From: an uncultured Verrucomicrobiota bacterium
Lineage (GTDB): Bacteria > Verrucomicrobiota > Verrucomicrobiia > Limisphaerales > J093
NCBI GenBank assembly: GCA_964472515.1
Contig: CAYYMW010000003.1
Coordinates: 1-56,514 of the forward strand
DNA length: 56,514 bases
Direction: 5' to 3'
Every line of letters begins with the position of its first letter. The first letter of the stretch is position 1. Under the pieces are notes generated by a model. The model did no database searches. It saw only the letters and a list, made by a program, of their open reading frames with translations, and had not been told where the DNA came from. The translations under genes and the position numbers were made by a program. Below, piece after piece: positions 27,181 to 36,600 of the stretch.

Positions 27181-27201
27181 TCAACCCAAAGACAATCCGC
27201 T

Positions 27202-28146
27202 GTGAAAATCTTCAGTGGCAGTTCTAACTTGCCTCTGGCCAAAGCCATCTGCAAGGCCATCGGCATCGAACTCGGCCGGTGCGAGGTCTCGCAATTCCCG
27301 GATGGGGAGACCTTTGTCAAGATCGAGGACAACGTCCGCGGGGCGGATACCTTCGTCGTCCAATCCACCAGCCCGCCGACGAACCATCATCTGATGGAGA
27401 TGTTCATCATGATCGATGCGTTGCGGCGCGCGAGCGCGTCCCGCATCACCGCCGTCCTGCCTTTCTACGGTTACGCGCGACAGGACCGCAAGGACCAGCC
27501 GCGGGTTCCGATTACCGCCAAGCTGGTCGCCAATCTTCTCGTGGCCGCAGGCGCCAACCGGGTCCTCACCATGGATTTGCACGCCCAGCAGATTCAGGGG
27601 TTCTTCGATATCCCGGTGGATCATCTCTACGCTGCGCCGGTCATTTACGAGTACCTGCACCGCAAGAACCTGCCCGACCTGATCGTCGTCAGCCCGGACG
27701 TTGGCGGCATCAAGATGGCCCATGCCTACGCCCAGGTGCTGGGCACCGAGTTGGCCATCGTCGCCAAGCGCCGCAAGAGCCCGACGGAGGTGGAGTCCAT
27801 GACCGTGATTGGGGACGTGGCCGGCCGCAACGTGCTGCTCGTGGACGACTTGACGGAAACCGCGGGCACGCTGACCGCCGCCGCCACGATTCTCAAGAAG
27901 GGCGGCGCCAAGAACGTGATGGCGTGCGTCAGCCACGCGATCCTCAACGATTTGGCCATCACGCGGCTCAAAAAATCTATTATTGACGAACTCATCACGA
28001 CTGATAGTGTGTGCCGCCCCGCCATAGACGGGGTGAATATCACCACGCTAAGCGTGGCGGGTTTGCTGGGCGAAGCGATTCAGCGGATTCATATGAATTC
28101 GTCGGTGACTTCGCTGTTTGAATTTAAGGGCGGGCGCGTCGGTTAG
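27202..28146 (+). CDS. prs: Ribose-phosphate pyrophosphokinase
   Basis: GTG start KIFSGSSN; FPDGE, PFYGYARQDRK, MDLHAQQIQGFF, VSPDVGG, VDDLTETAGT. Confidence 0.97.
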   Translation: MKIFSGSSNLPLAKAICKAIGIELGRCEVSQFPDGETFVKIEDNVRGADTFVVQSTSPPTNHHLMEMFIMIDALRRASASRITAVLPFYGYARQDRKDQPRVPITAKLVANLLVAAGANRVLTMDLHAQQIQGFFDIPVDHLYAAPVIYEYLHRKNLPDLIVVSPDVGGIKMAHAYAQVLGTELAIVAKRRKSPTEVESMTVIGDVAGRNVLLVDDLTETAGTLTAAATILKKGGAKNVMACVSHAILNDLAITRLKKSIIDELITTDSVCRPAIDGVNITTLSVAGLLGEAIQRIHMNSSVTSLFEFKGGRVG

Positions 28147-28174
28147 CGCGCCGCCTTGCGCAACAGGATAACGC

Positions 28175-28975
28175 ATGAAATCAGTACCGTTGACGGTCTT
28201 CCCGCGGACTGCGGTGAAACGCTCCGGCGTCAAGAAACTGCGGACCGGCGGCCGCGTGCCAGCCGTGATTTACGGCCGCCGCCGCCCGCCCCAGAACCTC
28301 GAGCTCAAAGCCAAGGAACTCGAGGATCTGCTCCATCACTCCGCCTCGGAGAATATTCTCCTCAACCTGACGGTGAGCGGCGATGCCGAGCCCACCCGGC
28401 TGGCTTTGGTGCAGGATATCCAGCACCATCCCATGGGCGGCCACATGCTCCACGTCGATCTCCACGAGGTCGCGGAAGACGAGCGGGTGACCATTCTGGT
28501 GCCCGTCGAGAGCGTGGGCGAGGCCGCCGGAGTCAAGAATGGCGGCGTGCTCGAGCACGTGCTGTTCAAGCTGCGTGTGCGCGCCCTGCCGAAGGATTTG
28601 CCCGAGTACATCACCATCGACGTGTCCCACCTGGAGATCGGCCAGGCGGTTCACATCGGTGAGATCAAGCCGCCTGCGGACACGGAGATTCTGGGCGACA
28701 AGCACATTTCCGTGGTGGCCGTGGCGGCGCCGATCTCCGAGGAACAGGAAGCGGCAGCCGAAGCGGCATCTGACACGGCCTTGGGCGAACCCGAGGTTCT
28801 CACCGAGAAGAAGGAAGAAGGCGAAGAAGGAGCGGCCCCCAAGGCGGGGGAGAAGGCTCCAGCCAAGCCCGGCGAGAAAGCGGCTGCGGCCAAGCCCGGC
28901 GACAAGGCAGCTCCGGCGGCCAAGGCGGGCGAAAAGGCCCCTGCCGCCGAGAAGAAGCCCGAGAAGAAGAAGTAA
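28175..28975 (+). CDS. rplY: 50S ribosomal protein bL25 / general stress protein Ctc
   Basis: RVPAVIYG, DIQHHP...HVD, VGEAAGVKNGG, LEIGQAVHI; A/K/P/E-rich tail. Confidence 0.95.
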   Translation: MKSVPLTVFPRTAVKRSGVKKLRTGGRVPAVIYGRRRPPQNLELKAKELEDLLHHSASENILLNLTVSGDAEPTRLALVQDIQHHPMGGHMLHVDLHEVAEDERVTILVPVESVGEAAGVKNGGVLEHVLFKLRVRALPKDLPEYITIDVSHLEIGQAVHIGEIKPPADTEILGDKHISVVAVAAPISEEQEAAAEAASDTALGEPEVLTEKKEEGEEGAAPKAGEKAPAKPGEKAAAAKPGDKAAPAAKAGEKAPAAEKKPEKKK

Positions 28976-29026
28976 CGCGGATCCCGCCTTGCGGCAACGC
29001 GGGGCGGTTCCGGCGGTTCCCAAGCG

Positions 29027-29632
29027 ATGTCGGACTGGCGTCTTGTGGTCGGCTTGGGCAACCCGGGCGGCGAATACGCCCGGACACGGCACAACGCGGG
29101 CTTCATGCTCGCGGATCGGCTGGCCGCCCGCTGGCGCGCCGGCTGGCGGCAGGAAGCGCGGTTTCAGGCGCAACTGGCCGAAGGCGCCGAGCGTGGCGCG
29201 CGGTGCCTGTTGTGCAAACCGCAAACGTACATGAACGCCAGCGGAACGGCGGTGGCAGCAGTGGCGGCCTACTACCGGATCGAGGCGGTGAGTGTGTTGG
29301 TGTTGGTCGACGACGCGGACCTGCCCTTGGGCGCGTTGCGCATGCGGGCCGACGGCGGTAGCGGCGGCCACCATGGCTTGGAATCGATCGAGAGCCATCT
29401 GGGCTCCCGGGCTTATGCCCGGTTGCGGCTGGGCATCGGACGCCGGCCCGAAGCGGGACGCCAGATCACCGGCCACGTGCTGGGGCGGTTTGGCGACGAC
29501 GAGACAGATATGTTGGGGCGGGTGCTGGACACAGCGGTCGAACAGACCTGCTGCTGGCTGGCGGAAGGGCCGCAGGCGGCCATGAACAAGTTTAACGGGG
29601 TCGTTGACGACCCCACGAAAAAGGACAGTTAA
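29027..29632 (+). CDS. pth: Peptidyl-tRNA hydrolase
   Basis: VGLGNPG, TRHNAGF, KPQTYMNASG, GGSGGHHG, RLRLGIGR. Confidence 0.96.
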   Translation: MSDWRLVVGLGNPGGEYARTRHNAGFMLADRLAARWRAGWRQEARFQAQLAEGAERGARCLLCKPQTYMNASGTAVAAVAAYYRIEAVSVLVLVDDADLPLGALRMRADGGSGGHHGLESIESHLGSRAYARLRLGIGRRPEAGRQITGHVLGRFGDDETDMLGRVLDTAVEQTCCWLAEGPQAAMNKFNGVVDDPTKKDS

Positions 29633-29947
29633 GTGAAACGGTACGAAGGTTTGTTTATCCTGAACACCGCGGGCAAAGAAGAAGGCGTGAAGGACATGAT
29701 CGACAAGATCTCCGCCGACCTCGCCGCCCAAGGCGCGAAGATCGAGACCGTCCAGAAGATGGACAAGCGCCCGTTTGCCCGCGTAGCGGACAAGCGGAAC
29801 AGCGCGGGGTTCTACGTCAATGTCATCTTCGAGGCGCAGCCTACCCTCATCGCCCAACTGCGCGCCCGCTATGCCCTGAACGAGGACGTCTTCCGCGTCG
29901 TCTTCACGATCGCTCCGGCGCCCAAAGAGGCCCCTGCGGCCGCCTGA
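29633..29947 (+). CDS. rpsF: 30S ribosomal protein bS6
   Basis: KRYEGLFIL, AGFYV, LNEDVFR; position between pth and ssb. Confidence 0.93.
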   Translation: MKRYEGLFILNTAGKEEGVKDMIDKISADLAAQGAKIETVQKMDKRPFARVADKRNSAGFYVNVIFEAQPTLIAQLRARYALNEDVFRVVFTIAPAPKEAPAAA

Positions 29948-29950
29948 TCC

Positions 29951-30415
29951 ATGGCCGGTTTCAACAAGGTCGTCCTGGTCGGCAACCTGACCCGCGACCC
30001 CGAGCTTAAGTACACCCCCAAGGGTACGGCCATCGGGGTCATCCGTCTCGCCGTTACGCGCAAGTACCGCAACGAAGCCGGCGAGACCAAGGAAGACACG
30101 ACCTTTCTCGACGTGGAGGCCTTTGGCCGCTCCGCCGAGACCATCGGCCAGTACATGCGCAAGGGCAGCCCCATCCTCATCGAGGGCCGTCTGCGCATGG
30201 ACACATGGGACGACAAGCAGACCGGCCAGAAGCGCTCCAAGCTCGTGGTGGTCGCCGAAGGTTTTCAATTCCTGGGCGGTCCCCGTTCGGGCGAAGGCGC
30301 CGCCCCTTCTCCACAAGCCCCGGCCGCCTCCCGGCCCGCGCCGCCTCCGCCCGCTGAGATGGGCGGGGGGGAGGCCGAGACCGCACCGCCGGATGACGAC
30401 GATGTCCCCTTCTAG
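29951..30415 (+). CDS. ssb: Single-stranded DNA-binding protein
   Basis: FNKVVLVGNLTRDPELKYT, IEGRLRMDTW, acidic tail DDDDVPF. Confidence 0.97.
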   Translation: MAGFNKVVLVGNLTRDPELKYTPKGTAIGVIRLAVTRKYRNEAGETKEDTTFLDVEAFGRSAETIGQYMRKGSPILIEGRLRMDTWDDKQTGQKRSKLVVVAEGFQFLGGPRSGEGAAPSPQAPAASRPAPPPPAEMGGGEAETAPPDDDDVPF

Positions 30416-30465
30416 GCCGTTTCCCGGCCTCCGCAGCGAAACACCCTTTCCACAGCCCATTGTTT

Positions 30466-31068
30466 ATGGCCAAGACTGAAGTAATTCTCACCAGCAATAT
30501 CGTCGGCCTCGGCGCCGAATCCGACCAGGTGAAGGTCGCCGCCGGCTACGCGCGCAACTACCTCTATCCCCAAGGCTTGGCGATCCCCCAGACCGCCGCG
30601 AACAAGCGCCGCCTCGAGTCGCTGCGCCAACGCCGCGCCGAGCGTGAGGCGCATGAGCTCAATGCCATGACCGAGCTCGCCGCCTCGCTTTCCAAGATGC
30701 TCATCAAGCTCTCGGTCAAGACCGGCTCCGACGGCAAGATGTTTGGCGCCGTCACCGCCGGCACCCTCACCGACGAACTCAAGAGCCATTACGAGATTCA
30801 CTTGGACAAGAAGAAGATTCATCTCGAGCAACCGATCCGGACCCTCGGCGAGCACGAAGTCGAGCTGCGCCTCCATCCGAACGTCAATTCCAAGCTCAAG
30901 GTGGTGATCGAAAGCTCCAACCCGCCTGAGATTCCCGAGGTCACCGCCGACGCCAAGGGCGGCAAGGGCGGCGAAGGCCGTCCCCCGCGCCCGGGCCGTG
31001 AAGGCCGCGAGCCCCGTGCTGGCGAGAAGGAAGCGCGTCCCGCCCGTCCGAAGGCCGAGAAGAAGTAG
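30466..31068 (+). CDS. rplI: 50S ribosomal protein bL9
   Basis: VKVAAGYARNYL, GKMFGAVT, PIRTLGEHEVELRLH. Confidence 0.96.
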   Translation: MAKTEVILTSNIVGLGAESDQVKVAAGYARNYLYPQGLAIPQTAANKRRLESLRQRRAEREAHELNAMTELAASLSKMLIKLSVKTGSDGKMFGAVTAGTLTDELKSHYEIHLDKKKIHLEQPIRTLGEHEVELRLHPNVNSKLKVVIESSNPPEIPEVTADAKGGKGGEGRPPRPGREGREPRAGEKEARPARPKAEKK

Positions 31069-31099
31069 TCCTTGCGACGGGCCTTTTCCCTTTCGCGCC

Positions 31100-31124
31100 A
31101 ACGGCAGCCTGCACGGCTGCCGTT
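31100..31124 (+). terminator. Hairpin downstream of rplI (probable terminator)
   Basis: aacggcagcc-tgcac-ggctgccgtt, perfect 10-bp stem, short T run after it. Confidence 0.5.
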
Positions 31125-31244
31125 TGCCTTTGGGAGGGGACTGGCCGGGGGCGAACGCTTCGCATCATGACACGCGCTGCCCTTGCGTCGGACCCTTTTT
31201 GGTCCGACCTTGTCGGCGAGGCGGTTATGTGACCCGTCTCCTCC

Positions 31245-32429
31245 ATGAGCGACAAGAACATGCTCGAAGGCGATCTTCAGGATCAGGCCCATCGGGAGTA
31301 CCACTCCGACCTCGGGGTGACCCGGACCCAGATCGTGAAGCTGCCCGGCTTCCGGGTCGAATCCGGCTACGACCTGCCCGAAGTCCATGTTTCGTATCAG
31401 ACGCTGGGCCAGCTCTCGCCCGCCAAGGACAACGCGATTCTCGTTTGCCATGCCTTGTCGGGAGATGCCCACGTGGCAGGATTGAGCCCCGCCACCGGAC
31501 GGCCGGGTTGGTGGGATTTTCATGTCGGCCCCGGCAAGGCCATCGACACCAACCGCTTTTTCGTCATCACGAGCAACGTGCTCGGCGGCTGCAGCGGCAC
31601 CACCGGCCCTTCCTCGGTCAATCCGGACACCGGGCGGCCCTACGCCACCGACTTCCCCCCCGTCTCCATCCGCGACATGGTCAAAGCCCAGGCCCTCCTG
31701 CTGGACCACCTCGGAATCCAGCGGGTCTTTTCGGTGGGTGGCGGTTCCATGGGCGGGATGCAGGCCCTGGTCTGGGCGCTCGAGTATCCGGAGCGCGTCC
31801 AGACCTGCCTGGCCATCGCCACCTGCACGGCCCACAACGCCATGCAGATCGCCTTCAACGAGGTTGGCCGCCAGGCGATCATGTCCGATCCCCATTGGCA
31901 CGCCGGTTACTACTACGACTGCGAGCGCCCCACCCAGGGCCTGGCGGTGGCACGGATGGTCGGTCATGTCACCTACCTGAGCGAGTGGTCCATGCACAAG
32001 AAGTTCGGACGCCGGCTCCAACGCCCCACCGTCCCGGACGATCTCTTCCCCGATTTCTTCTCGGTGGAAAGCTACCTCCAGCACCAAGGCGAGAGCTTCG
32101 TCAAACGGTTCGACCCGAATTCCTACCTCTACCTGACCAAGGCCATCGACCGCTTTGACCTCTTCGAGCACCAAGCGGCGCGCGAAGCGTTGCGCCATAC
32201 CCAGGCCCATTTCCTGGTCATTTCCTTCGAGTCGGACTGGCTGTATCCCCCGACCCAATCACGCGACTTGGTCAAGCAACTCAAGCGGCACAACCTCAGC
32301 GCCACCTACCTGAACCTGGATACCCCTTACGGCCACGACTCCTTCCTCATCCGCAACCCCGAATTCAGCCGGGCGCTCGGCAATTTCCTGACCAGCGAGT
32401 ACCGGCAGCTCACCGCCGGCCACGCCTGA
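31245..32429 (+). CDS. metX: Homoserine O-acetyltransferase
   Basis: CHALSGDAH, NVLGGCSGTTGP, GGSMGG nucleophile elbow, FDPNSYLY, DWLYP, YGHDSFL. Confidence 0.95.
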   Translation: MSDKNMLEGDLQDQAHREYHSDLGVTRTQIVKLPGFRVESGYDLPEVHVSYQTLGQLSPAKDNAILVCHALSGDAHVAGLSPATGRPGWWDFHVGPGKAIDTNRFFVITSNVLGGCSGTTGPSSVNPDTGRPYATDFPPVSIRDMVKAQALLLDHLGIQRVFSVGGGSMGGMQALVWALEYPERVQTCLAIATCTAHNAMQIAFNEVGRQAIMSDPHWHAGYYYDCERPTQGLAVARMVGHVTYLSEWSMHKKFGRRLQRPTVPDDLFPDFFSVESYLQHQGESFVKRFDPNSYLYLTKAIDRFDLFEHQAAREALRHTQAHFLVISFESDWLYPPTQSRDLVKQLKRHNLSATYLNLDTPYGHDSFLIRNPEFSRALGNFLTSEYRQLTAGHA

Positions 32430-32469
32430 GCGACGCTGCCGGCTTGGCTGAGACACCTTATTCTCCAGT

Positions 32470-33099
32470 ATGTCCGCTACCCTCTATGACCTGGTGATCG
32501 ATTGGGTTCCCCCCAAGTCCCGGGTGCTGGATCTTGGCACGGGCGACGGCGCCTTTCTGGAGCGCCTGGTCAAGGCCCGGCAAGTGCGGGGCGAGGGCGT
32601 GGAGCGCGAGGCCGAGTCGGTCACCCACTGCATCGGCCGCGGGTTGGTGGTGCACCAGGGCGACATTCTCGACGGGTTGGACCAGTACGAGAGCGGTTCT
32701 TTCGATTACATCCTGCTGCTGGGCACGCTGCAGGAGTTGGTCGATCCCCAACCCGTCTTGCGCGAGGCTTTCCGCGTGGGCCGGCGGGTGATCGTTTCCT
32801 ACAGCAACTTTGCGCATGTCCGTTCCCGTCTGCAGTTGCTGTTCAAGGGCCGCTCACCGGTGACGCGCGCCCTGCCTTGGCCGTGGTACCGCACGACCAA
32901 CCTGCACTTCTTCTCGGTTCTCGACTTCGACGAACTCTGCCGCGACTCCGGCTTCCGCATCCTGCAAGAGGCCTACTTCAACCATCGCGGGCGCATCCAC
33001 GCCTGGCCTAATCTCCGGGCCGAGCATGCGCTTTGCCTGCTCGAATCCACCCAACCGCCCCCACCGGCAGCACCTGCCGCCCTCAGCCCCTCCATCTGA
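32470..33099 (+). CDS. metW: Methionine biosynthesis protein MetW
   Basis: VLDLGTGDG SAM motif, SYSNFAH, LPWPWYRTTNLHF; directly after metX. Confidence 0.9.
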   Translation: MSATLYDLVIDWVPPKSRVLDLGTGDGAFLERLVKARQVRGEGVEREAESVTHCIGRGLVVHQGDILDGLDQYESGSFDYILLLGTLQELVDPQPVLREAFRVGRRVIVSYSNFAHVRSRLQLLFKGRSPVTRALPWPWYRTTNLHFFSVLDFDELCRDSGFRILQEAYFNHRGRIHAWPNLRAEHALCLLESTQPPPPAAPAALSPSI

Positions 33100-33598
33100 G
33101 CTGCGTTCCCGATGCCTCGGGCAGGGGATGTCCCGTGCTGAAGCCGGTCGGCAACCGGGCATAAAGGGCCGGACGATAGTGCTGGATCAGGGCCGCCAGC
33201 CAGTGGCGCATGAAGATCCAAAGCCAATCGCGCCCGCCGTTGCCCGAACCGCGCAGCCGCCGACGGACGCCGGCATTCGTGGCATAGACCGCCTCCGCGC
33301 GATCCATCAGTTTGAGTTGCCACTCGCGCGGCAATTCCTCCCCCAGCCAGACGCAGACTTCCTCCCACACACCGGTAGCCACGATAGCCGGCACGAGCAC
33401 GGTCTCCTCCGCAATCCGTGGCGGATGCGGCCAGGCAGGCCAATCTCCGGGGCCGGTGGGGCCTTCGATCTCCTGGAGGAGCGAGGAGGCCGGGCTCTGG
33501 CGCGTGGGTTTGGCGGTTCCGCCGGAAGCGCGCTTGGAAGCGGAGCGCAGGCCTTTTGGCCGAATGCAGGGCGGCTGGCAGGTGGCTGGAGAGTTCAT
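33083..33598 (-). CDS. Hypothetical protein directly downstream of the RM gene
   Basis: C-terminal half is protein-like (W-rich helix RDWLWIFMRHWLAALI); N-terminal half low complexity, true start uncertain; overlaps the metW stop by 17 nt. Confidence 0.45.
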   Translation of the reverse strand: MNSPATCQPPCIRPKGLRSASKRASGGTAKPTRQSPASSLLQEIEGPTGPGDWPAWPHPPRIAEETVLVPAIVATGVWEEVCVWLGEELPREWQLKLMDRAEAVYATNAGVRRRLRGSGNGGRDWLWIFMRHWLAALIQHYRPALYARLPTGFSTGHPLPEASGTQLRWRG

Positions 33599-33602
33599 GC
33601 TT

Positions 33603-33626
33603 GAGACTCCTTACGTGGTCTCCTGA
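33603..33626 (+). repeat. 24-bp palindromic-element arm that supplies the RM gene stop codon
   Basis: gagactccttacgtggtctcctga, 21/24 to the reverse complement of 35149-35172; the minus strand reads QETT-TAA. Confidence 0.8.
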
Positions 33627-36600
33627 GGAGAGGTTGGGGGTGGGGCAGGATCGCCTTCGACGATCTTGATTTCGGCTTCGGTGAGGCCGTAAAGGTCGTA
33701 AACGAGGCGGTCAATCTGGGTGTCGGTGGCCGCGATCTGGCGGGCGAGGGCGGTCTGCTCCTGCGGGGTTCGCGCGGCGGCGGCCTGCTGGTGCAGCGCC
33801 AGCATTTGCTCGACCAGCTTCACCATGCGGTCGCGGCGGGATTTGTCCGAGGGGTTCGACGAATCGATGACGCGGATGGGAACGCGCTCCATGTACTGGT
33901 AAATGAGGCGATAGCGGAACTCCCCCGCGCGGATTCCGAAAGGGATGCTGAGGTTGGCGATCGCAAACCAGAACACCCGGCTGTTCAGCACCCCCAGCAG
34001 ATAAGGGTCGTCAGTGCCAAGGCAATAGGCGGTGTTGGCGAGGTAGTGAGCGCCGGAGTCAAGGCTGAAGCGAGGCCCCTTACAGATGTCGGGAAAGATG
34101 ATCTTCGGCTGGCTGAACGCCTCGTAGTACGCCACGTCGTCCTGAATCTCGTACCATTCGTAGCGTCCAGGTTTGCGCCCTCGCTTCGCGCTCTTGTCCC
34201 GTTTCGGGGTCAAATCCTCCTTCCATTGCGCCAAGTGATCGCGGATCGCTGGATACCTGTCGATCTCGACTCCGCGCCGCGTGAAGATGATCCAGAGTCC
34301 GGTTTCGTGGAAGATGAACCGACGAATATCCTCTCCACCGAGCAGGGGGTGAATCAGCTCAGCGCTCCGTCTGTCTTTGGCAATGAGCCGCTTCCTCGTC
34401 TCCGCATCGATGATGAACGCCTCGTTCATTCCCGTCTTGATGCCGTAGAACATCCTCCGTTCAACATACTCCCCCAGCGGTTTGCCGGCTTTCATCACCT
34501 TGGCAAAGACGGCGGCTTCGGCGTCAGACTTCAGCGACCACGCCTCGGCCGAGAGGCGCTCGTGGGGAATTGTGTAATGATGGGCGACCACATGCTCGGC
34601 CAGCTTCAAGCTCTTCAACGACGTCACCTTGGATACCTCGACCCGCGTGGGTTTCGCGCCCTTGCCGAGCAGGGGGATGCAGACGTAGGTGTCTTTGGCG
34701 TTGGCGAAGACTGCCAGGCCGCCAAAGTCCACGATGCGCCGCACTGCCGCGTGCTGCTTCAGCGTGCGCCGGAGCGGTTCACCGTAAGACGCGCGAAGGA
34801 AACTGCTGGAGACGATGATGCTGAAGAGTCCGCCCTCGCGCAGGAGCTTGACACCCTGCTCCATGAAGTAGGCGTAGAGGTCCGCGGTGCCATCATACGC
34901 TTGGTAGTGCCTCTCGAAGTAGTCCTTGAGGTGGGACAGCGATTCCTGGCGAACATACGGCGGGTTGCCGATGACGGCATCAAAGCCGCCTTCCCAGGCG
35001 GGCTCGGCCGGTGGCGCCGGGGGCGGTGCCTTGGCGCCCTTCGACTGCTTGTAGCTGTAGCTGCCATGCACCGGCACGCCGGGCATCCCAAAGTCCAAGG
35101 GCGAGGCGGCGGCGGTTTCCCGCAGGGCGCCGTCGTCGCCCTCACCAGGTAGGAGACGACGTAAGGAGTCTCTGTCTAGTTCTTCCGAAGATGCTTGAGA
35201 CTCGTCACCTCGTCTCCTACGGAAGACCTGCGGGAACTCGGTTGGCCAGTCGAACACGTTCAGACGGAACCGTTCCTCGTCGTCGAGCAGGGCCATCTGC
35301 TGCTGGGCGTAGAAGTCCGGGCCGATCAGGGAGTTGCCGCACTTGATGTTGTCGCCGAGGTCGGGCAGGGCGCGCTCCTGCGAGAAGCGGAACACCGTTT
35401 GCAGGCTCTGTTCGGTTTCCCCTTCCAGCACCTTCAACAGGAGGGACAACTTGGTGACCTCGACGGCCTGGGCATCGATATCGACTCCAAAAATGTGGTT
35501 GAGGAGAATCTGCTTGCGGGTGGCGATGGTCAGTTTCCACCCACCGCCGCTGGTCTGGACGATGGGCGGGTTCTTGCCGCGCAAGAGCCAGTGACCACGC
35601 GTCGCATTGGCAGGCGGCGACGTAGGGAGTCTCGCTTCCTTCCCAGGCGGCTGCAAGAGAGTCTCGCTACCTCGACTCCCACCCTCAGCGTGACCAGGCA
35701 GGGCGGTTTGAGTCTCGTTACCTCGACTCCTACCCGCAGCGTGGCCGAGGAGCCGGGTGTAGAAGTCCAGGTGCCAGTCGAGAAGGTACTGGTAAGCGCC
35801 GATGAGGAACGAGCCTGACCCGCAGGCGGGATCGAGGATGCGCAGTTTGGCGACGCGGCCGAGGATTGCCATGGCCGTCCGGGAATCGCAGGCGGCAGGA
35901 GGCGGCGCCTTGCCCGCTCCAGAGCGGACGGGAGTCTCGTTGCCCCGATTCCCACCCAAGCAGTCCTCGACGAGTTTGCCCACCGTCTGGCGGACGATGT
36001 AGTCCACGATGTAGGTGGGGGTGTAATAGACGCCCCCGGCCTTCTTGACCTCCGGCTTGTCGTCCACCACGGCCCGGTGCCCTTCGGTCAACCGGATGAC
36101 TTTGCCGAGAAACTGTTCGTACACTTGGCCAAGGATGTCGGCCGAGACGACTTCGAAGGCGTAGGGGCAGTCCGGGTAGTACAGGCTGCGCAGGAGGTCG
36201 CGCAGGAGTTTGTCGTCGAGGTCGAGAGTCCGCGTCAGTTCGTCGGGAGCCTCGTGCCGGTCCTTCTCAGGCTTGAAGTGGAACAGGCCGGAGTTGTAGC
36301 GGGCGTCAGCGGCTTCGAACACCTCGCAAAGGCGCGGGTAGACGCGCTCGCCGTTGACGAGGGCGCGGAGGCGGCCGTAATCCTCGATCCCGCGGTCCTC
36401 GCAGATGCGCAGGAAGATGATGCGGTCGATGATGCGCTGGACCGCGAAGTTGAGTTCGCGCTGGGTAAGGTTGGGATTGCGGAGCGCGAGGTTGCGGGCC
36501 AGTTCCAGCCGCCAGCCTTCAATGGTCTCCAGAAAGGCCTGGTCGAAGGTGGTGGTGCCCTTTTTGGCCTTGGTGGACTCGGCGAATTGATCGAACCCGC

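Noticed and set aside
27005-27200. tRNA gene upstream of prs (gtcgaatcc resembles a T-loop)
   Set aside because: No acceptor, D or anticodon stems can be formed around it.
28830-28975. Repeated AAKPGEK-like units at the rplY 3' end
   Set aside because: Ordinary low-complexity tail of long bL25 proteins.
28181-30460. 759-aa minus-strand ORF
   Set aside because: Antisense to rplY-pth-rpsF-ssb, which are unambiguous.
31069-31244. SAM riboswitch upstream of metX
   Set aside because: Two hairpins (31100-31124, 31187-31208) but no SAM-I core (AUC...GAGA...GAU) that I can identify; an Infernal/Rfam scan would settle it.
35149-35955. 24-bp repeats as a CRISPR array
   Set aside because: Mixed orientation, irregular spacing, inside an intact CDS; treated as palindromic elements instead.
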